DNA of 59,414 nucleotides, filler included, from Squatina squatina (GCA_031763465.1; 3 parts of 3 records of this genome joined end to end with filler, not necessarily neighbours in it); one strand, 5' to 3'. Numbered from the whole stretch's first letter, positions 1-13,252 are shown. Notes: a model not told the origin generated them from the letters alone. Numbers and translations are program-made.

Positions 1-140
1 GATTTAGTTTAATTTTTAACACATAGACTAAAGGGAGGGGAAAATAAACTTGAGGGGGAAATGAGAGTTTTACTGTATATATGATGCAAATCAAACTTGT
101 TTTTCTTTCCTTCTCCCTCCCACCCCTCCTTTGCTTCCAG

Positions 141-292
141 ACATCATCTGTTAAAAGTTCTTCAGGATTTGTGGAAGGTTCTGCACGGCAATCTGTGCTA
201 AATGTAATCCTGAAATCTGGTGAAAGAAGAGTTGTGACAGTGAAGTTTACACCAGTTCATAACAGAACTGTGATGTCCTTAATTATTATAAG
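141..292 (+). CDS. TMEM131: TMEM131 internal coding exon (TSSVKSSSGFVEG...KFTPVHNRTVMSLIIIR)
   Basis: Polypyrimidine tract and CAG acceptor at 138-140, GT donor at 293. The translation matches recalled human TMEM131 'KFTPVHNRTVSSLIIVR'. Confidence 0.95.
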
Positions 293-599
293 GTGTGTTT
301 CTTTTGCAGTATTGACTTGTTTAATGTTTTCCACCCTATGTCTTCAGGTTTTCTCATTTGTAGAATGTTTTGAAGCGCATCTCTGTAATTTGACTTTATT
401 TTTTTTAAAAGCTGCTAAAATATGTATTTGTAAGCTCAATGCATATAATCTGCCATTATAATTTGATCATACCAGTGTACACTTCAGGGCTATTGACCAT
501 TGAATTGGGAAAGTGTAACTAATGAGGCTATTTTACTGATGATTAGTTCAGGAATTTAATCTGTGATTGTTTTATCAACTAATTCTTCACCGTGTGCAG

Positions 600-742
600 A
601 AACAATCTGACAGTAGTGGATGCAGCAGTGGTACAAGGACAAGGAACAACAGAGAGCCTGAAGCTTGCAGGAAAGCATCCTGGTCCAGGAAGTTCTTTAC
701 GTTTCAAAATTAATGAAGCTTTGCTTAAAGACTGTTCAGATA
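600..742 (+). CDS. TMEM131: TMEM131 coding exon ([47 protein letters not shown])
   Basis: CAG acceptor at 597-599, GTAAGT donor at 743. The phase is compatible with both neighbouring exons. Matches '[36 protein letters not shown]'. Confidence 0.95.
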
Positions 743-928
743 GTAAGTAATTCAGCGCTGATGAAAATGTGTAAAAAGAAAAAAAAATTGTTTTTATAGT
801 GAGTATAGCTGATATACTTGTTCTAAAAGAAATTTGAACAAAGTTAAAATGGGAACCTTCTAATCCTATGAGATGTTGCTAAAGCAAGTTACTCTGATGA
901 AAGGAATCCTTAAGTAAATCATTAAAGA

Positions 929-1210
929 ACTTGTATTTATGTAGCAGCTTTTATGTCCTCGGAACTTTCCAAAGCACTTGAACCAATTAATTGCTTTTGA
1001 AGTGTAGTAACTTGTTTTGTAAGTAATTGTGACGATCAATTTGCACACGGCAAGGATCAAATAACAACCGGCGAGATACATGGCCAGTTTTAGTAGTGCT
1101 GCTTGAGATGAATGTTGGCCAGGGCAATGGGGTAACCCTCTGCTCTTACTGAGCAGTCCAACTGAGCAGGAGGCCAAGACTTAACGTGTCACCAGCAAGA
1201 TGGCACTTCC
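929..1210 (-). mobile_element. SINE with L2-type 3' tail (SacSINE1/DeuSINE-like), partial
   Basis: The plus strand 'aacttgtatttatgtagc...ccaaagcactt' is the reverse complement of the L2-type tail. Homologous to copies at about 13640-13940, 28653-28737, 29605-30025 and 50738-50860. Confidence 0.7.
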
Positions 1211-2253
1211 NNNNNNNNNNNNNNNNNNNNNNNNNNNNNNNNNNNNNNNNNNNNNNNNNNNNNNNNNNNNNNNNNNNNNNNNNNNNNNNNNNNNNNNNNN
1301 NNNNNNNNNNNNNNNNNNNNNNNNNNNNNNNNNNNNNNNNNNNNNNNNNNNNNNNNNNNNNNNNNNNNNNNNNNNNNNNNNNNNNNNNNNNNNNNNNNNN
1401 NNNNNNNNNNNNNNNNNNNNNNNNNNNNNNNNNNNNNNNNNNNNNNNNNNNNNNNNNNNNNNNNNNNNNNNNNNNNNNNNNNNNNNNNNNNNNNNNNNNN
1501 NNNNNNNNNNNNNNNNNNNNNNNNNNNNNNNNNNNNNNNNNNNNNNNNNNNNNNNNNNNNNNNNNNNNNNNNNNNNNNNNNNNNNNNNNNNNNNNNNNNN
1601 NNNNNNNNNNNNNNNNNNNNNNNNNNNNNNNNNNNNNNNNNNNNNNNNNNNNNNNNNNNNNNNNNNNNNNNNNNNNNNNNNNNNNNNNNNNNNNNNNNNN
1701 NNNNNNNNNNNNNNNNNNNNNNNNNNNNNNNNNNNNNNNNNNNNNNNNNNNNNNNNNNNNNNNNNNNNNNNNNNNNNNNNNNNNNNNNNNNNNNNNNNNN
1801 NNNNNNNNNNNNNNNNNNNNNNNNNNNNNNNNNNNNNNNNNNNNNNNNNNNNNNNNNNNNNNNNNNNNNNNNNNNNNNNNNNNNNNNNNNNNNNNNNNNN
1901 NNNNNNCATGCTATATTGGCAGATTGCAGCTGAACTTTGAGAGTGCTATAATTAGCCTCTACTACTGAGCTTGCGGGGGGAAATTAGCTCCAGCTCCTGA
2001 TCCTAATTTAATTACTATTGTAGGAAATGATACATGTGTTGTAGGGATTGATTTGGCATGAGGACACCCACGGTTAGATAGCTTACAGCACTAACCATCT
2101 AGGCTCACATGAAGAGTGCTTGGGTGAGATGGTTTCTAACACCCATGGAATTGTACTCCAGCAAAAGTCACTAAAGGAAACGAAAGAATTGAAGGAAGTA
2201 CTGCACGTTTGCATCATTAATTGAAAACAAATGAACTATTTTTTAAATTCCAG

Positions 2254-2440
2254 AGATGAAAATGAGAGAACCAAACTTCACGTTGAAGAGAGTTTTTAAA
2301 GTAGAAAATACAGGACTACTTCCAGTCTTTGTCAAGTCTATGGAGATCAGTGGATACATCTGTGAAGGATATGGCTTCAAAGTTGTAAACTGTCAAGAGT
2401 TTGCACTAAAACCAAATGCCTCTAAAGACATTATTATATT
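2254..2440 (+). CDS. TMEM131: TMEM131 coding exon (MKMREPNFTLKRVFKVENTG...CEGYGFKVVNCQEF...DIIIL)
   Basis: CAG acceptor at 2251-2253, GTGAGT donor at 2441. Overlaps ORF 2256..2444. Confidence 0.95.
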
Positions 2441-3070
2441 GTGAGTCTTTTAACTTCTCTTTATTTTTGTTTGGTTTTGGATATTTAAAGTGCTGTTCAA
2501 TCCAAGGATCCTTGGCAATGCCTACGCTGCCATTAATTTGGAAATGTGACTTTTTAGAAGTGAACTCAGTGATTCAGTCCACTGACCAGAGCTGCTTTTA
2601 TTATTGGATTTAAGTAAGGTCCTAATGTTGACATGCCTGCAGCGCATGGTTTTCACAGAAGATAACAATCCTGGAGTAAACTTGCCTATATTATTATAGC
2701 CAGCAGCCATTTTTAAAGAAAAATGGATTGTAACCAGGATGTTCAAAAAAGAAATTGAGTGTAAAGGCTTGGTTGGACTATTGTTTAATGTCAGATAGCA
2801 TAAAAGATTTGATTAGCTATAAATCTATAAACTTCCTGACATCTATTTTTAGCCACCCAATGTCATTGTAGCATTATATGGGTCATGGGGTTATAGCTTG
2901 ATCTGCAGTACTAAAAGATATATTTGCAATGCTTTTATCCTTTTAATCTGTTGNNNNNNNNNNNNNNNNNNNNNNNNNNNNNNNNNNNNNNNNNNNNNNN
3001 NNNNNNNNNNNNNNNNNNNNNNNNNNNNNNNNNNNNNNNNNNNNNNNNNNNNNNNNNNNNNNNNNNNNNN

Positions 3071-3200
3071 CAGGAGGCTCCGAATTTGTGTTTGTATTAA
3101 ATGCATCACTTCCTTATCATATGTTGGCAACATGTGCAGAGGCCCTGCCTAGACCCAACTGGGAGCTGGGACTGTACGTGATCATCTCAGGAATAATGAG
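3071..3200 (+). CDS. TMEM131: TMEM131 coding exon, 5' part lost in the gap (GGSEFVFVLNASLPYHMLATCAEALPRPNWELGLYVIISGIM)
   Basis: Near identity to the recalled human segment leading into the transmembrane helix. GTAACC donor at 3201. Confidence 0.93.
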
Positions 3201-4219
3201 GTAACCATTGATCACTGCTGTACACCATTTCAAAACCTATTGTTGAATAAATTGCTTAATGCGTGTACCTTGATAAAATTGGTTTACTCTTTTTAGTTGG
3301 CCAGATGTTAGGCATCTTGAAGTCCCTCACAATGTTTCATTCTCTGAACAAAGCTAATGAGGAATCTACATCTGTAGAAATTCAGTTTGCCCAATATAGA
3401 GTGCACACTCTCTCTCCAAAGGGAAACACCCCACTTACCAAAGGACAGAGAATTTAGGCACAGATTGGCAGAGCCAAGTATGTGCAGAGGTACAGCCAAA
3501 TCATGTAGTACAGAGCACTGGTGAGCTCTCTGCTGCTTGCCTAGCAAAGACCACCATTTAGGGCAACTGCTTGCAGGGCTATTTGGAGCCGAGTGTGCAG
3601 AATACCAGCCCCAGGTGATAGTTTTACCACTCCAGGTAAACCAGACTAGCTGGTCAATTATCAGTGCCCTGAATTACTACTTGGTTTATGTACCAAATTA
3701 CAGATTATCAGAAGATTGACTTAGTTTGAACTTCCTTCATCTGGTTTGTCATCTTGAATGCACCAAGACTCCAAATAGACCATGCTTGCTCACTCCCTCC
3801 CCCAACAGGAGGCTATTCACTGGGTGATTGACGGACAACAAGCAACCATGAATGTAATAGCAAGTAACAGGAATTTCTTGTGACCAGCACAGAATAATAA
3901 GCCCCAGTTGCCGGCAGTGTCTGAAACTAAGAAAAAGACACCCTCCCAAACTTCTGCTAAATAGCCTATCTTCTGCCAAGTAAGAGCTACCCTACTAATC
4001 TCACGTACAGTTGGAGGGTTACATGTGTTCAGACTGCTCCTCNNNNNNNNNNTTTGTAATATAAAACAAATGCACAATTTGATGACACACTTGATAGAAG
4101 CATACTCCAAGGTCAGTTTTTGCTTTGAGACACCAAGTTATTCATCATCATCATCTTATTTTCATAGATCTATAATACAATATTATTTGGTTTGTAATTA
4201 TTTTTGCTTTCTTTTCCAG

Positions 4220-4378
4220 TGTTTTGTTCCTTTTGGTGATTGGAACAGCTTATTTAGAAGCTCAAGGAATATGGGAGCCCTTCAAAAGGCGTCTGTCTTT
4301 AGAGGGGTCCAATCCTCCCTTCGACATGGGAAGGACATTCGATCTCAGGAGAATAGTTGGTATTTCATCAGATGGAAA
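4220..4378 (+). CDS. TMEM131: TMEM131 coding exon (VLFLLVIGTAYLEAQGIWEPFKRRLSLEGSNPPFDMGRTFDLRRIVGISSDG)
   Basis: CAG acceptor at 4217-4219, GTAAGT donor at 4379 (phase 2). Encodes the rest of the hydrophobic segment. Confidence 0.95.
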
Positions 4379-6392
4379 GTAAGTATAATGGTCTTGATTG
4401 GAATGTTTGGTTTTTCTCATTGTGGATTTATACATATATATTGCCTGCATTGATTTGATTCCAGTTTGTTACTTCTAACTTTTGTACTTTTTCACACAAG
4501 ATATTTTACTTATTTTATTAACATACAGTTCTCCTGTGATGTTTCTCGGAGTGGAGGATGTGCAGTTTTATATCAATAGGGGTGCTATTCCATGTAGCAC
4601 AGTGTATTATCGTGGCCATTGATTTACAGTGACTATCTCAAATTCTGTTCTGTCAAATCTGCAAAGTGCAATGAGGAAAGCGTCATAATATATTTCCATT
4701 CATGGTATAAATGTTAAAATAATCAGACAACCAAAGCTGTCTTCCTGGAATTTTTAGACTCGCTCATCCCACAAGAGCCAGAGTATTCGAGAACATAGAA
4801 ATGTAGGAATTGCTAAATGAAAAAAGGTCAAGGTCCATCTAATTCGCCATCTACCATCCTGATAGTCACATGATACAACAACAATGAAGTTGTTGACTAA
4901 CCATGACAATCAGTTTCTATCAGTTAGTTTACAACAGACCCAGAGATGAGGTGAGGATATCCCCAGTGATGGAAAGCTTTGGGAACCATGGGTCCAGACT
5001 CATCTGTTCCTCCCAAGCGTGCTATACTTCATATCTCATGTCTCGAATTACTCATATACTGTCTCCCAAAGTATTATCTGAAATAAATATAACGAATTTG
5101 CATTTTATGAATTCGTACTATCTGCTGCCACTCTCTCACTAGAGAGCCTGTTCCATAGATTGCCCGCTTGCTCACTGGAATAATGTTTCCTCAGATTAGT
5201 TTTGAATTTATTCCCTTCAAGCGCAGGCTGTGCCCTCTGGTTCTACATGGGTAGAAGTTTAAACAAATTCCAAGGTCTTGAACCTGGTCACACTTTGTGC
5301 AACCTTAGTCACCGTACTTCATTCCTTATACTTTTTTGCTTAAGTTTAAATAATTTCTGTTCTCCCCTTTGTTTCCTTGTTGAACTTTTGATGCGTTTTG
5401 AAGTTTCAAACTGGGAAGCACAACAATAGGATGAGTTATCTTCTGCAGCACTAGCAGCTTGATGGTGCCCTGATGAGAGAACCTGTCCTTATTGTCCTTG
5501 GTCACTAGATTACCAAAAATTATTACTTCTGTTTAGTATTTTCGTGCGCACATTCGTTATCCACTCCACTACAGCGATGGCGTTTTTTTAAGGTGCATTT
5601 CCTTGAATTTTGTCTCTTCCTGTGACTCCTGCTAAAGACTTGGCACTTTTTTTTTAAAAAAAAATCATATTTTTGTATCCATAGAACAAACCCATTTTAT
5701 AAAGAGAATATTGGGTAACCATGGGTGATAAGGCAGTCATCTAATTAAGAGATCATACAAAATTAGAAATCAAGAGCAAAACTCAAATTTATAAATGTTA
5801 TATGAATGCCCAAGTTTCATTGTGGGCTTCATCACTTCAGATGTTTTTTTTTATGCGAGCAATGACTCTGATACTAGACTTCTTTCCTCCCCCCAATAGT
5901 GATGGTTTCTTTGCCATTAGTGGTAATATGTGTTCACAAAAATGCAGCTAATGTCCATAATATTTGTGTGCCCTATTGAGAAAATGATTGCAGTTTCTTC
6001 TCATAATATATAAAAAGGTTTTTCTTCTGCATTCAGCTTTAAAGTAATTTGTGTTATTGGTACAAAATAAGTTGCTTTTCGGAATATGCTTTCTTTACAT
6101 AAAATACTATCCAGCTGTTTGTGAGTTAATTAATTAAACTTTAGTACAAAATGAAATGCTTATGAATACTTGTGAAGGTTTAATCTAAATTTTAGGTTGA
6201 AGTTTTGATACTGAATATAAAATCTGGTTTAAAATTTGAGTATCCCGGTGTTTGTCAGACTACCAAACCCAAGATGCATCAGCTGTGGCAATATAAAAAT
6301 GAACCATCTAAGCAGGTAATTAAATGAGTTTGTTGTAGTAAAACTACAGCTTGCTTGGAAAATGTTTGTCATTGGTCTCTTGTGTTTTTTAG

Positions 6393-6464
6393 GGCCCACC
6401 AACTGATGCTCCAGCTGTGGATACAGCAGAACAAGTTTACATATCTTCACTTGCTCTGCTGAAG
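6393..6464 (+). pseudogene. PSMD14: PSMD14 (RPN11/POH1) 72-nt exon copy: GPPTDAPAVDTAEQVYISSLALLK
   Basis: TTTTTTAG acceptor, GTAAGA donor at 6465, phase 0/0. The peptide matches the recalled N-terminal part of vertebrate PSMD14 and lies within a TMEM131 intron. Confidence 0.92.
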
Positions 6465-6900
6465 GTAAGAGTGTAGGTTTGTTAGATCTTTGATCATGTT
6501 AATTATGTATTGTAGTTTAGAATGTAGTACCACAAAGCAAGTAAAATATAATCCATTTGACATCCCATCTCCCTTAGTACCATTTCTGGGCCACCGTATT
6601 CATCTTTTTGTGTTTTTAACAAAATGTTTTGGCTCCTTTTGTATTTTAAGTGCTTATCTTTACATTTAAAATGCATAACTACATATTGTTTGTCTTCATA
6701 ATAGAACATAATGACCTTAAATGATATAAAACAAATCCAGAATATGCAAAAACTAAACTCAGGGAAAAACAAATTTAAGTTGTGATGACTTATTATAACA
6801 TGGTAGTATTTCACACATTGTAAAGAAGGTTGTTTTCTCTTTCTGGGGTGAAAAACACTGACATATATATATATATATTTTTTTTTTTGGTAATGTGCAG

Positions 6901-7047
<147 letters not shown>

Positions 7048-7180
7048 TGAAAACAAATTGACTCTAATAGAATTTTTCTGNNNNNNNNNNNNNNNNNNNN
7101 NNNNNNNNNNNNNNNNNNNNNNNNNNNNNNNNNNNNNNNNNNNNNNNNNNNNNNNNNNNNNNNNNNNNNNNNNNNNNNNN

Positions 7181-7460
7181 CGGGAGTTCCCAGATTGACA
7201 GGTCAAAGTGCAGTTGCATCCCATGATGTGGTACCAAGTTCTAAGGATCAAGATGGCTCCAGCTTTGGTCCTTGGTCTATGCTGAATAGTTTAAGGTGTC
7301 AGTCATGTGCCACAATTAGTCTTGATATCTGAGCTAGAAAGGGTAAATATTGGCCCTGCTGCTGTTACTTATTGCTATCCAGTAATCTCGGCTAGAGAGT
7401 GCGCACTTGTGAACTTTGAGCATCACCTCTACTGCAGTGAGCCACACCACCCTGCCCCTT
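7181..7460 (+). mobile_element. Old SINE-like repeat; related fragments at about 1910-2165 and 14110-14200
   Basis: Shared 'ggtct(c)t.tgctga.t.ag' segment and a GGG/AAAT..GCC/CCTGCT..CTATCCAGT segment. The family assignment is tentative. Confidence 0.4.
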
Positions 7461-8203
7461 TCCTCTCTGGCATGGTTGTGTTCTGCCATTGTGGACTGTC
7501 TAGGCTAATATCATGTGAGTGAGGTATTGAAGGGCTGCTGAAACCCTTGGAGCCGTAGTGTAGAACCAGTCTGAGTCGAGAGGAGAAAATTGAAACGGGA
7601 GCAAAACTACGTAATTGGATTTAAAATAGATATTTAGTCTTGTATTAAAATCAATCCAACAAAGTGTTTGTGCTGAATAAGTGTTACTGTAGTGTATAAA
7701 ATATTGGCATATTTCATTTTGTACAGTCATTGTGTTTCCTGATTATTCAGCAAAACTTCATATAATTTCTGCTTGGGTCACATGGTAATCTATTACTTCC
7801 ATTTCCCCTTGTTAAATATTTTGGTTTTGTACTTACTATGAAGGTAAATGTATAGCGGTGTGTTTTGGAGCAGTAATAAGACTTGAAGTTCTGGTTATGC
7901 CCATAAACTGGTTTAGTTTCTTTTGTGTTTTATCAAGCCCTCTGAGCCCCAAAAGGTATTACTATCTGTTAATGCACTAATGTCTGTTTATAACCTTGTA
8001 TGTAATTCTCATAGCAACAATAGCGTGATCTTCTAATAATCATTTATGTGATCTAATAAAATAATGAACACTTGCAAACAATTGCTTTTCGGTGCAGCAA
8101 TAAAGTACTATGAGTAATTGCCATCTGCTCAAATGTAGATTTTGGATAAGTGAAATTACAATTATGTAAGTTCTCATGCGTGTTAAATTTTGTTTGCCTT
8201 CAG

Positions 8204-8781
8204 TTTAAATGCACTTGGATCAGATTCAAATCACAATTCTTCAAGAGGAGTATTTGGAGGAGGNNNNNNNNNNNNNNNNNNNNNNNNNNNNNNNNNNNNN
8301 NNNNNNNNNNNNNNNNNNNNNNNCAGTAATAGAAACTCTTTAGACTTTGAAAGTCCAAAACTAAAAAACAATTTTGCAAATAACTCAAATAGCACTGGTA
8401 GAACATCTACCCCAACAGCGTCCATTACATCTGCTACAAAAGCAAATGCCATTGCCGTTGAGGCAAATCCACCCCAGAGCCAGACAAACAGGCGGTCGAA
8501 GACATCAAGACAGTGTCACCAAACACACCAGCAGCAGACACAAATACAACCNNNNNNNNNNGCAGTGCCTCAGCAACAGGAGCAGCATAATGAGAACACT
8601 GTGTCACATCTATCACCTCCTGTTACTTCATGTACAGACAGTGCAAATACAAGGCACAGCTCAGAGGACTCTGATATCACCAGCCTCGGAGATACAGCAG
8701 ACAGAGGATGTGAACTACCCGAATCCCCATCACCAGATGTCTTCACAGAACAGCCTCCATCTCCAGCCTCAAAAAATAAAG
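8204..8781 (+). CDS. TMEM131: TMEM131 large low-complexity exon (LNALGSDS...RHSSEDSDITSL...VFTEQPPSPASKNK), with two internal N runs
   Basis: CAG acceptor at 8201-8203, GTAATA donor at 8782. Lies in ORF 8190..8837 and carries the conserved SNRNS, RHSSEDSDITSL and VFTEQPPSP motifs. Confidence 0.92.
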
Positions 8782-10123
8782 GTAATACAGCGTTCTGTTT
8801 GTGTAGACCACAACTTACATTTATATGGTGGCTGTAACGTAGAAAATAAATGTCAAGCTGCTTTAGAGGCGTAATCACACTAGATGAGGAGATTAATAAA
8901 ACAAGGATATAAAACTCAAAATCATGGTGGATAGCTAAATTTAGCACCCACTCAAAATGGGTTATGGCAAGAATGAATTGCTCTCTGTAAAGGTTCATAC
9001 TGCTACCTCTGCTCCCAACTAATGAACTGGAAAAACAAACTGAACTTCACTGCTGAACAGGAACAGTTAAATATACAATGGCTTGAATAGATCAACAGGA
9101 AACCAAGAATGACTTGCCAGGATTCTTTTACGATCCTTTTCAGATAGGAACTTCACTGGAGGATATTTCTGTGATATGCTGTTGGAAACAAAAAATATTT
9201 TTTGGTTATCCCAAATAAGAAAAACATAGAATTACTATTGGCAGTTGCATTTTGATTAAATACTTACACCTCATTTTAAAAAGTATTTGTTCAACCAACT
9301 TAACATTTAGCTTTTTACCAGTTCTTAACTTTAAAAAGTAGACCAATATCAGCTTATTTTGCAATGAGTGGATCTGGTAGAAACACCCATTTGTAGAGTT
9401 GCTAAGTTTAAATCTTTTGTAGGTAAATTCAATTCTACACTATGATGAGAGATTCAGATCAATTATATCCATCAATATGTGAAACATTTTTCTTATGACT
9501 ATATACCACAATGCAACTCTGTGGAAGAATTCCAATGTATTACTTGTAATTAGATCTGGACACTTCCGAGAGTCAGTCACAGTGACAGGCTTGCACAATT
9601 GCAACAATTGACACTGCAATGCGGATACNNNNNNNNNNNNNNNNNNNNNNNNNNNNNNNNNNNNNNNNNNNNNNNNNNNNNNNNNNNNNNNNNNNNNNNN
9701 NNNNNNNNNNNNNNNNNNNNNNNNNNNNCTGTGTTTGAGGTCCTGGATGGTGCTATGGGAGAAACTGAATGGGTGCTCGCAAGGGAGGGGGGGGGTGGGG
9801 GAGGAATAATAGGTATTGGAGGTGAAGAAGAGTGAACTCTGGTGACATTTGGTAGATTAGGTAACCGTTTTGCTGAACACTTTGTATGCACCTTTGCCTT
9901 GCACACAGACGTAAGATGCTCCTCTCTACTGTATAATCAATTAAGCTTTTTAAACTGGCTAAAGTAGCAACAGAATTAGAGAGACAGACGTGATGTCGGA
10001 GTCCAGAACAGACAGTAAGACAGACTTGATTTATGTGCGGGGGCGGAGTGGGGTAATTGTGCTAAAGCTCTTAATGACTTCAACGACTGCAAACCAAAGT
10101 TGACTAGCATGTTTTATCTTTAG

Positions 10124-10269
10124 TCTCCAGATTCAGATAAGAAAAAAGGGAAAACAGTGTTGTCTATCAAAGAGAAAGATGATGCAGATATGTTTCACAC
10201 ATTAAAATCTAAAGGAAAGAAACCCCTAGGAACTGTCAAAAAGGAAACCCAGAATGACATTAAGTCCAG
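10124..10269 (+). CDS. TMEM131: TMEM131 Lys-rich exon (SPDSDKKKGK...VKKETQNDIKS)
   Basis: TAG acceptor at 10121-10123 (an alternative CAG at 10128-10130 makes the start uncertain), GTAAAG donor at 10270. Aligns to recalled 'EDTEKQKGK...IKKEIPTDVKPS'. Confidence 0.8.
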
Positions 10270-10348
10270 GTAAAGCATGCCTATCACCAAACTTGTAACG
10301 TAAATGGACAATTTTCTTTTTAAATATTAATTGGCTTTTTTTTTAAAG

Positions 10349-10467
10349 TTCGCTGGAGTTGCCATATACTACTCCATTAGAGAACAAACAGCGCAAAACC
10401 TTTCCAGCCAAAATTGTATCTTCAACCTTGACGAATTGCCCAAAACTGAGGAACTTACCAAAAAGAG
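10349..10467 (+). CDS. TMEM131: TMEM131 exon (SLELPYTTPLENKQRKTFPAKI...RNLPKR)
   Basis: T-tract and AAG acceptor, GTAGGA donor at 10468. Matches 'SLELPYTPPLESKQRRNLPSKI'. Confidence 0.9.
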
Positions 10468-10587
10468 GTAGGAGTTTGACGTGAAAATATATCACATTAT
10501 ACATTCACATTATGATTGTGCACAAATTCTTTTTGATGTGGAAAGCTTTTTGCTAATAATTTTTCTTGTAATTTTTTTTTTACTTAG

Positions 10588-10743
10588 TGCCTGGTAAATT
10601 AGTAGATGGAAGGCCATCACCACTGGTAAAGTTCCTTTCAAGTGGTTCTGGTCAGGAAATGGGAAATAGCAGCAGTTCAGAGGGCGAGAAAGACTCTCCA
10701 CCACCTGAATGGGACATTGTACCTATTCCCAAGTCGAGTAACA
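10588..10743 (+). CDS. TMEM131: TMEM131 exon (PGKLVDGRP...GQEMGNSSSSEGEKDSPPPEWDIVPIPKSSN)
   Basis: TAG acceptor at 10585-10587, GTAAGT donor at 10744. Conserved SSSEGEKDSPPPEWD motif. Confidence 0.93.
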
Positions 10744-12331
10744 GTAAGTGACTTCTTGCTCTCCTGTAATTTTTTTAAAAAATATAGGAATAAAAGGCTG
10801 GATCAGACTTGTTTCAATGCATTCAATGTCATTGCTTCTGTTTGTCAAAATGCTATTTGGCCTCTACATTCAGTCACTTCTCAACAAGTAGTGGTTTCAC
10901 AAACTTATCCCCGCCAAAGGAGATGTTGTTACGAGTGAATCGAGGAATCTCATTTGTTTTCAGATGCAGATTGATGCAAGTGGCCTGACTTATAGCTTTG
11001 CAGTCCATAGTTTAGAGCCTCCCTTTTGTACCAGAATTCTACCTGCAGTACAATTTCTGATGTACATTCAGTTACTGTTTAAGAGCCACAAGTAGGTAGA
11101 AATCACACTGGAGAGACCTTTATAATAGGCAGCAAGAGATGTACCTGGAATTTTCCTGATCTTAAAAAATCTGCAAGTGATAAGGTTTTAAGCAATTAAT
11201 TCCAACTTTTGGCAACACATTTTGTGGTGGCAATAATTGGTTTAAGGAGTGATGAAATCTTTGAATTCTAGCCTAGCTTAGTTTTCACGCACAATCATTG
11301 AAACAGGACAGAATAAGTAATGTGGTTTGTTGTTGAATAATTGTTACTTTATTATAAGAAAAACATTCTGATATCCATTCTTATGAGGCTCATCGCTGGA
11401 GAATATATCAAGTGAATTTTCACAACTCTTATACCAATTCTGTGTCAGAGCAACTATACGCCAGTAGCGGGCATAAGTGGACTTGCGCCCATTCTGCGCC
11501 TGTGCTGGGAGACCAATTGGGGCCTCACAAATCTTCTGTCATTCTGTGACACAGCATGTTAAAGCACCAATGCAACCACATTGCCTCTAATTTTACTTAC
11601 TCATTTAAAGCATAGCTTTCACAGAGTGTCTACTTGATATCCTGTTGTAAGACTATATGTTACTGGAAATGCTGAAGGAGGTAAATTAAAAAATAGGCAT
11701 CCACATATACACTTCATCATTGGAAAGTATCCATGCNNNNNNNNNNNNNNNNNNNNNNNNNNNNNNNNNNNNNNNNNNNNNNNNNNNNNNNNNNNNNNNN
11801 NNNNNNNNNNNNNNNNNNNNNNNNNNNNNNNNNNNNTAGTTGTGATGCTCTGGCCATCAAGAATGTGGGGCAGGTTTGATGGACCAGCCGGCCTTTTCCT
11901 GCCCATCAATGTTACCTGTTATGTCTCTTTCTTGGTCTCTGCCTCTTTCTTCCCTGGCTCCCGCTGTTGGCCAGCAAGGCCCTGTGTGAGATAGGTTTAT
12001 GGCTGTGTGTGCACAGCACCTGTGCCATGAGTGTGGGCTGTTATGCTGCACCTTGTACCTGTCCCAGCAGTGAGTCAATAAAAGTTTAATCTGGAATGAC
12101 TTAAGATGCAATATTAAATTTGTTGAAATTTTTATTAAGTGAAAGTGATGAGTTTTGTCAATGATTAAGGTAATTGACCTATGCTGAAAGCATTTTATAG
12201 GGAGTACAAATAATATTTGTGTGATTGGTATTAGCTGCCCACATATCCCAATTGAGTGAATTCCTTTCCATTCCTCTGCATTTTAATGATGGAGATGGTT
12301 GATGTACATTGTTATTTAATTCTATTTTTAG

Positions 12332-12501
12332 AGGTCTTCAGCCCTCATGTACTCTCAAGAGCAACCTTTAACAATCAGGAAGTTGCCCAGAATTGGCCCG
12401 ATTACACTTCTGCTCCATCTACATCCATTTGGGATACATCATCAACTGATCCTCGCAATACCTGGCCAACTAGCACTGTCTCTCCAACTCATTCAACTTC
12501 A
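12332..12501 (+). CDS. TMEM131: TMEM131 penultimate exon (EVFSPHVLSR...WDTSSTDPRNTWPTSTVSPTHSTS)
   Basis: TAG acceptor at 12329-12331, GTAAGT donor at 12502. Trp spacing and SPTH match the recalled human C-terminus. Confidence 0.88.
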
Positions 12502-12859
12502 GTAAGTAATGCAGTTCAAGAAATGGTAATAAATGTCAGTATGTTGGTAACGTCAGTATAAATGAAGAATATATAGTAGGTGCAAGTTCAGGTTTATTCC
12601 ACAAGTAAGCAATAATTAATTAATCAACAGAGGGGGCGGGAGGTTCTGAAGATTTTAATCAAAAATAGACATTTGCTTTTTGTATGTTTTTATGTAAAAA
12701 CAGCTAGCATAATTTTTGCAATTTTCAGAAAGAGAAACTAATGCTTTGCAAAGATCTTTCATTTCAACCCCCCCAACCCCTTCCCATGCCCAATAGCTTT
12801 CGATCACATGGAATGCACAGTGGGAAATGTGAAAGCATTTAACAAATGAGTTTATGCAA

Positions 12860-13152
12860 AATATGCAGGCAAGTACAAAAATAGGGCAATAATAGGGGAT
12901 TTCAACGTCCCTAATATTAACTGGGATAGAAGTAGTGCGAAAGGTATAGAGGGAGCAGAATTCTTAAAATGCATTCAGGAGAACCTTTTTAGTCCGTATG
13001 TAGCAAGCCCAACAAGAGAGGGGGCAGGTGTAAGGGATATCAGTGGGAGAGCATTTTGGTAGTAGTGATCATAATTCAGTTACATTTAGAATAGTTATGG
13101 AAATGGACAAGGATCGAACAGGAATAAGAGTCCTCAATTGAGGAAAAGCTAA
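12860..13152 (+). mobile_element. CR1-clade LINE ORF2 fragment (APE endonuclease end)
   Basis: Translates to GDFNVPNINWD...GAEFLKCIQE...PTREGA and GEHFGSSDHNSVTFRI, which contain the APE GDFN and SDH motifs. Disrupted. Confidence 0.85.
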
Positions 13153-13252
13153 NNNNNNNNNNNNNNNNNNNNNNNNNNNNNNNNNNNNNNNNNNNNNNNN
13201 NNNNNNNNNNNNNNNNNNNNNNNNNNNNNNNNNNNNNNNNNNNNNNNNNNNN

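Noticed and set aside
1190-1208. CTCF/YY1-like motif CCAGCAAGATGGCAC
   Set aside because: Lies inside a SINE copy at a gap edge with no independent support.
1181-1968. Long ORFs of 240-260 aa (also 36157-36715 and many shorter ones)
   Set aside because: They consist almost entirely of X from N gaps.
8374-8998. Overlapping alternative-frame and antisense ORFs (also 16026-16393)
   Set aside because: Shadows of TMEM131 exons.
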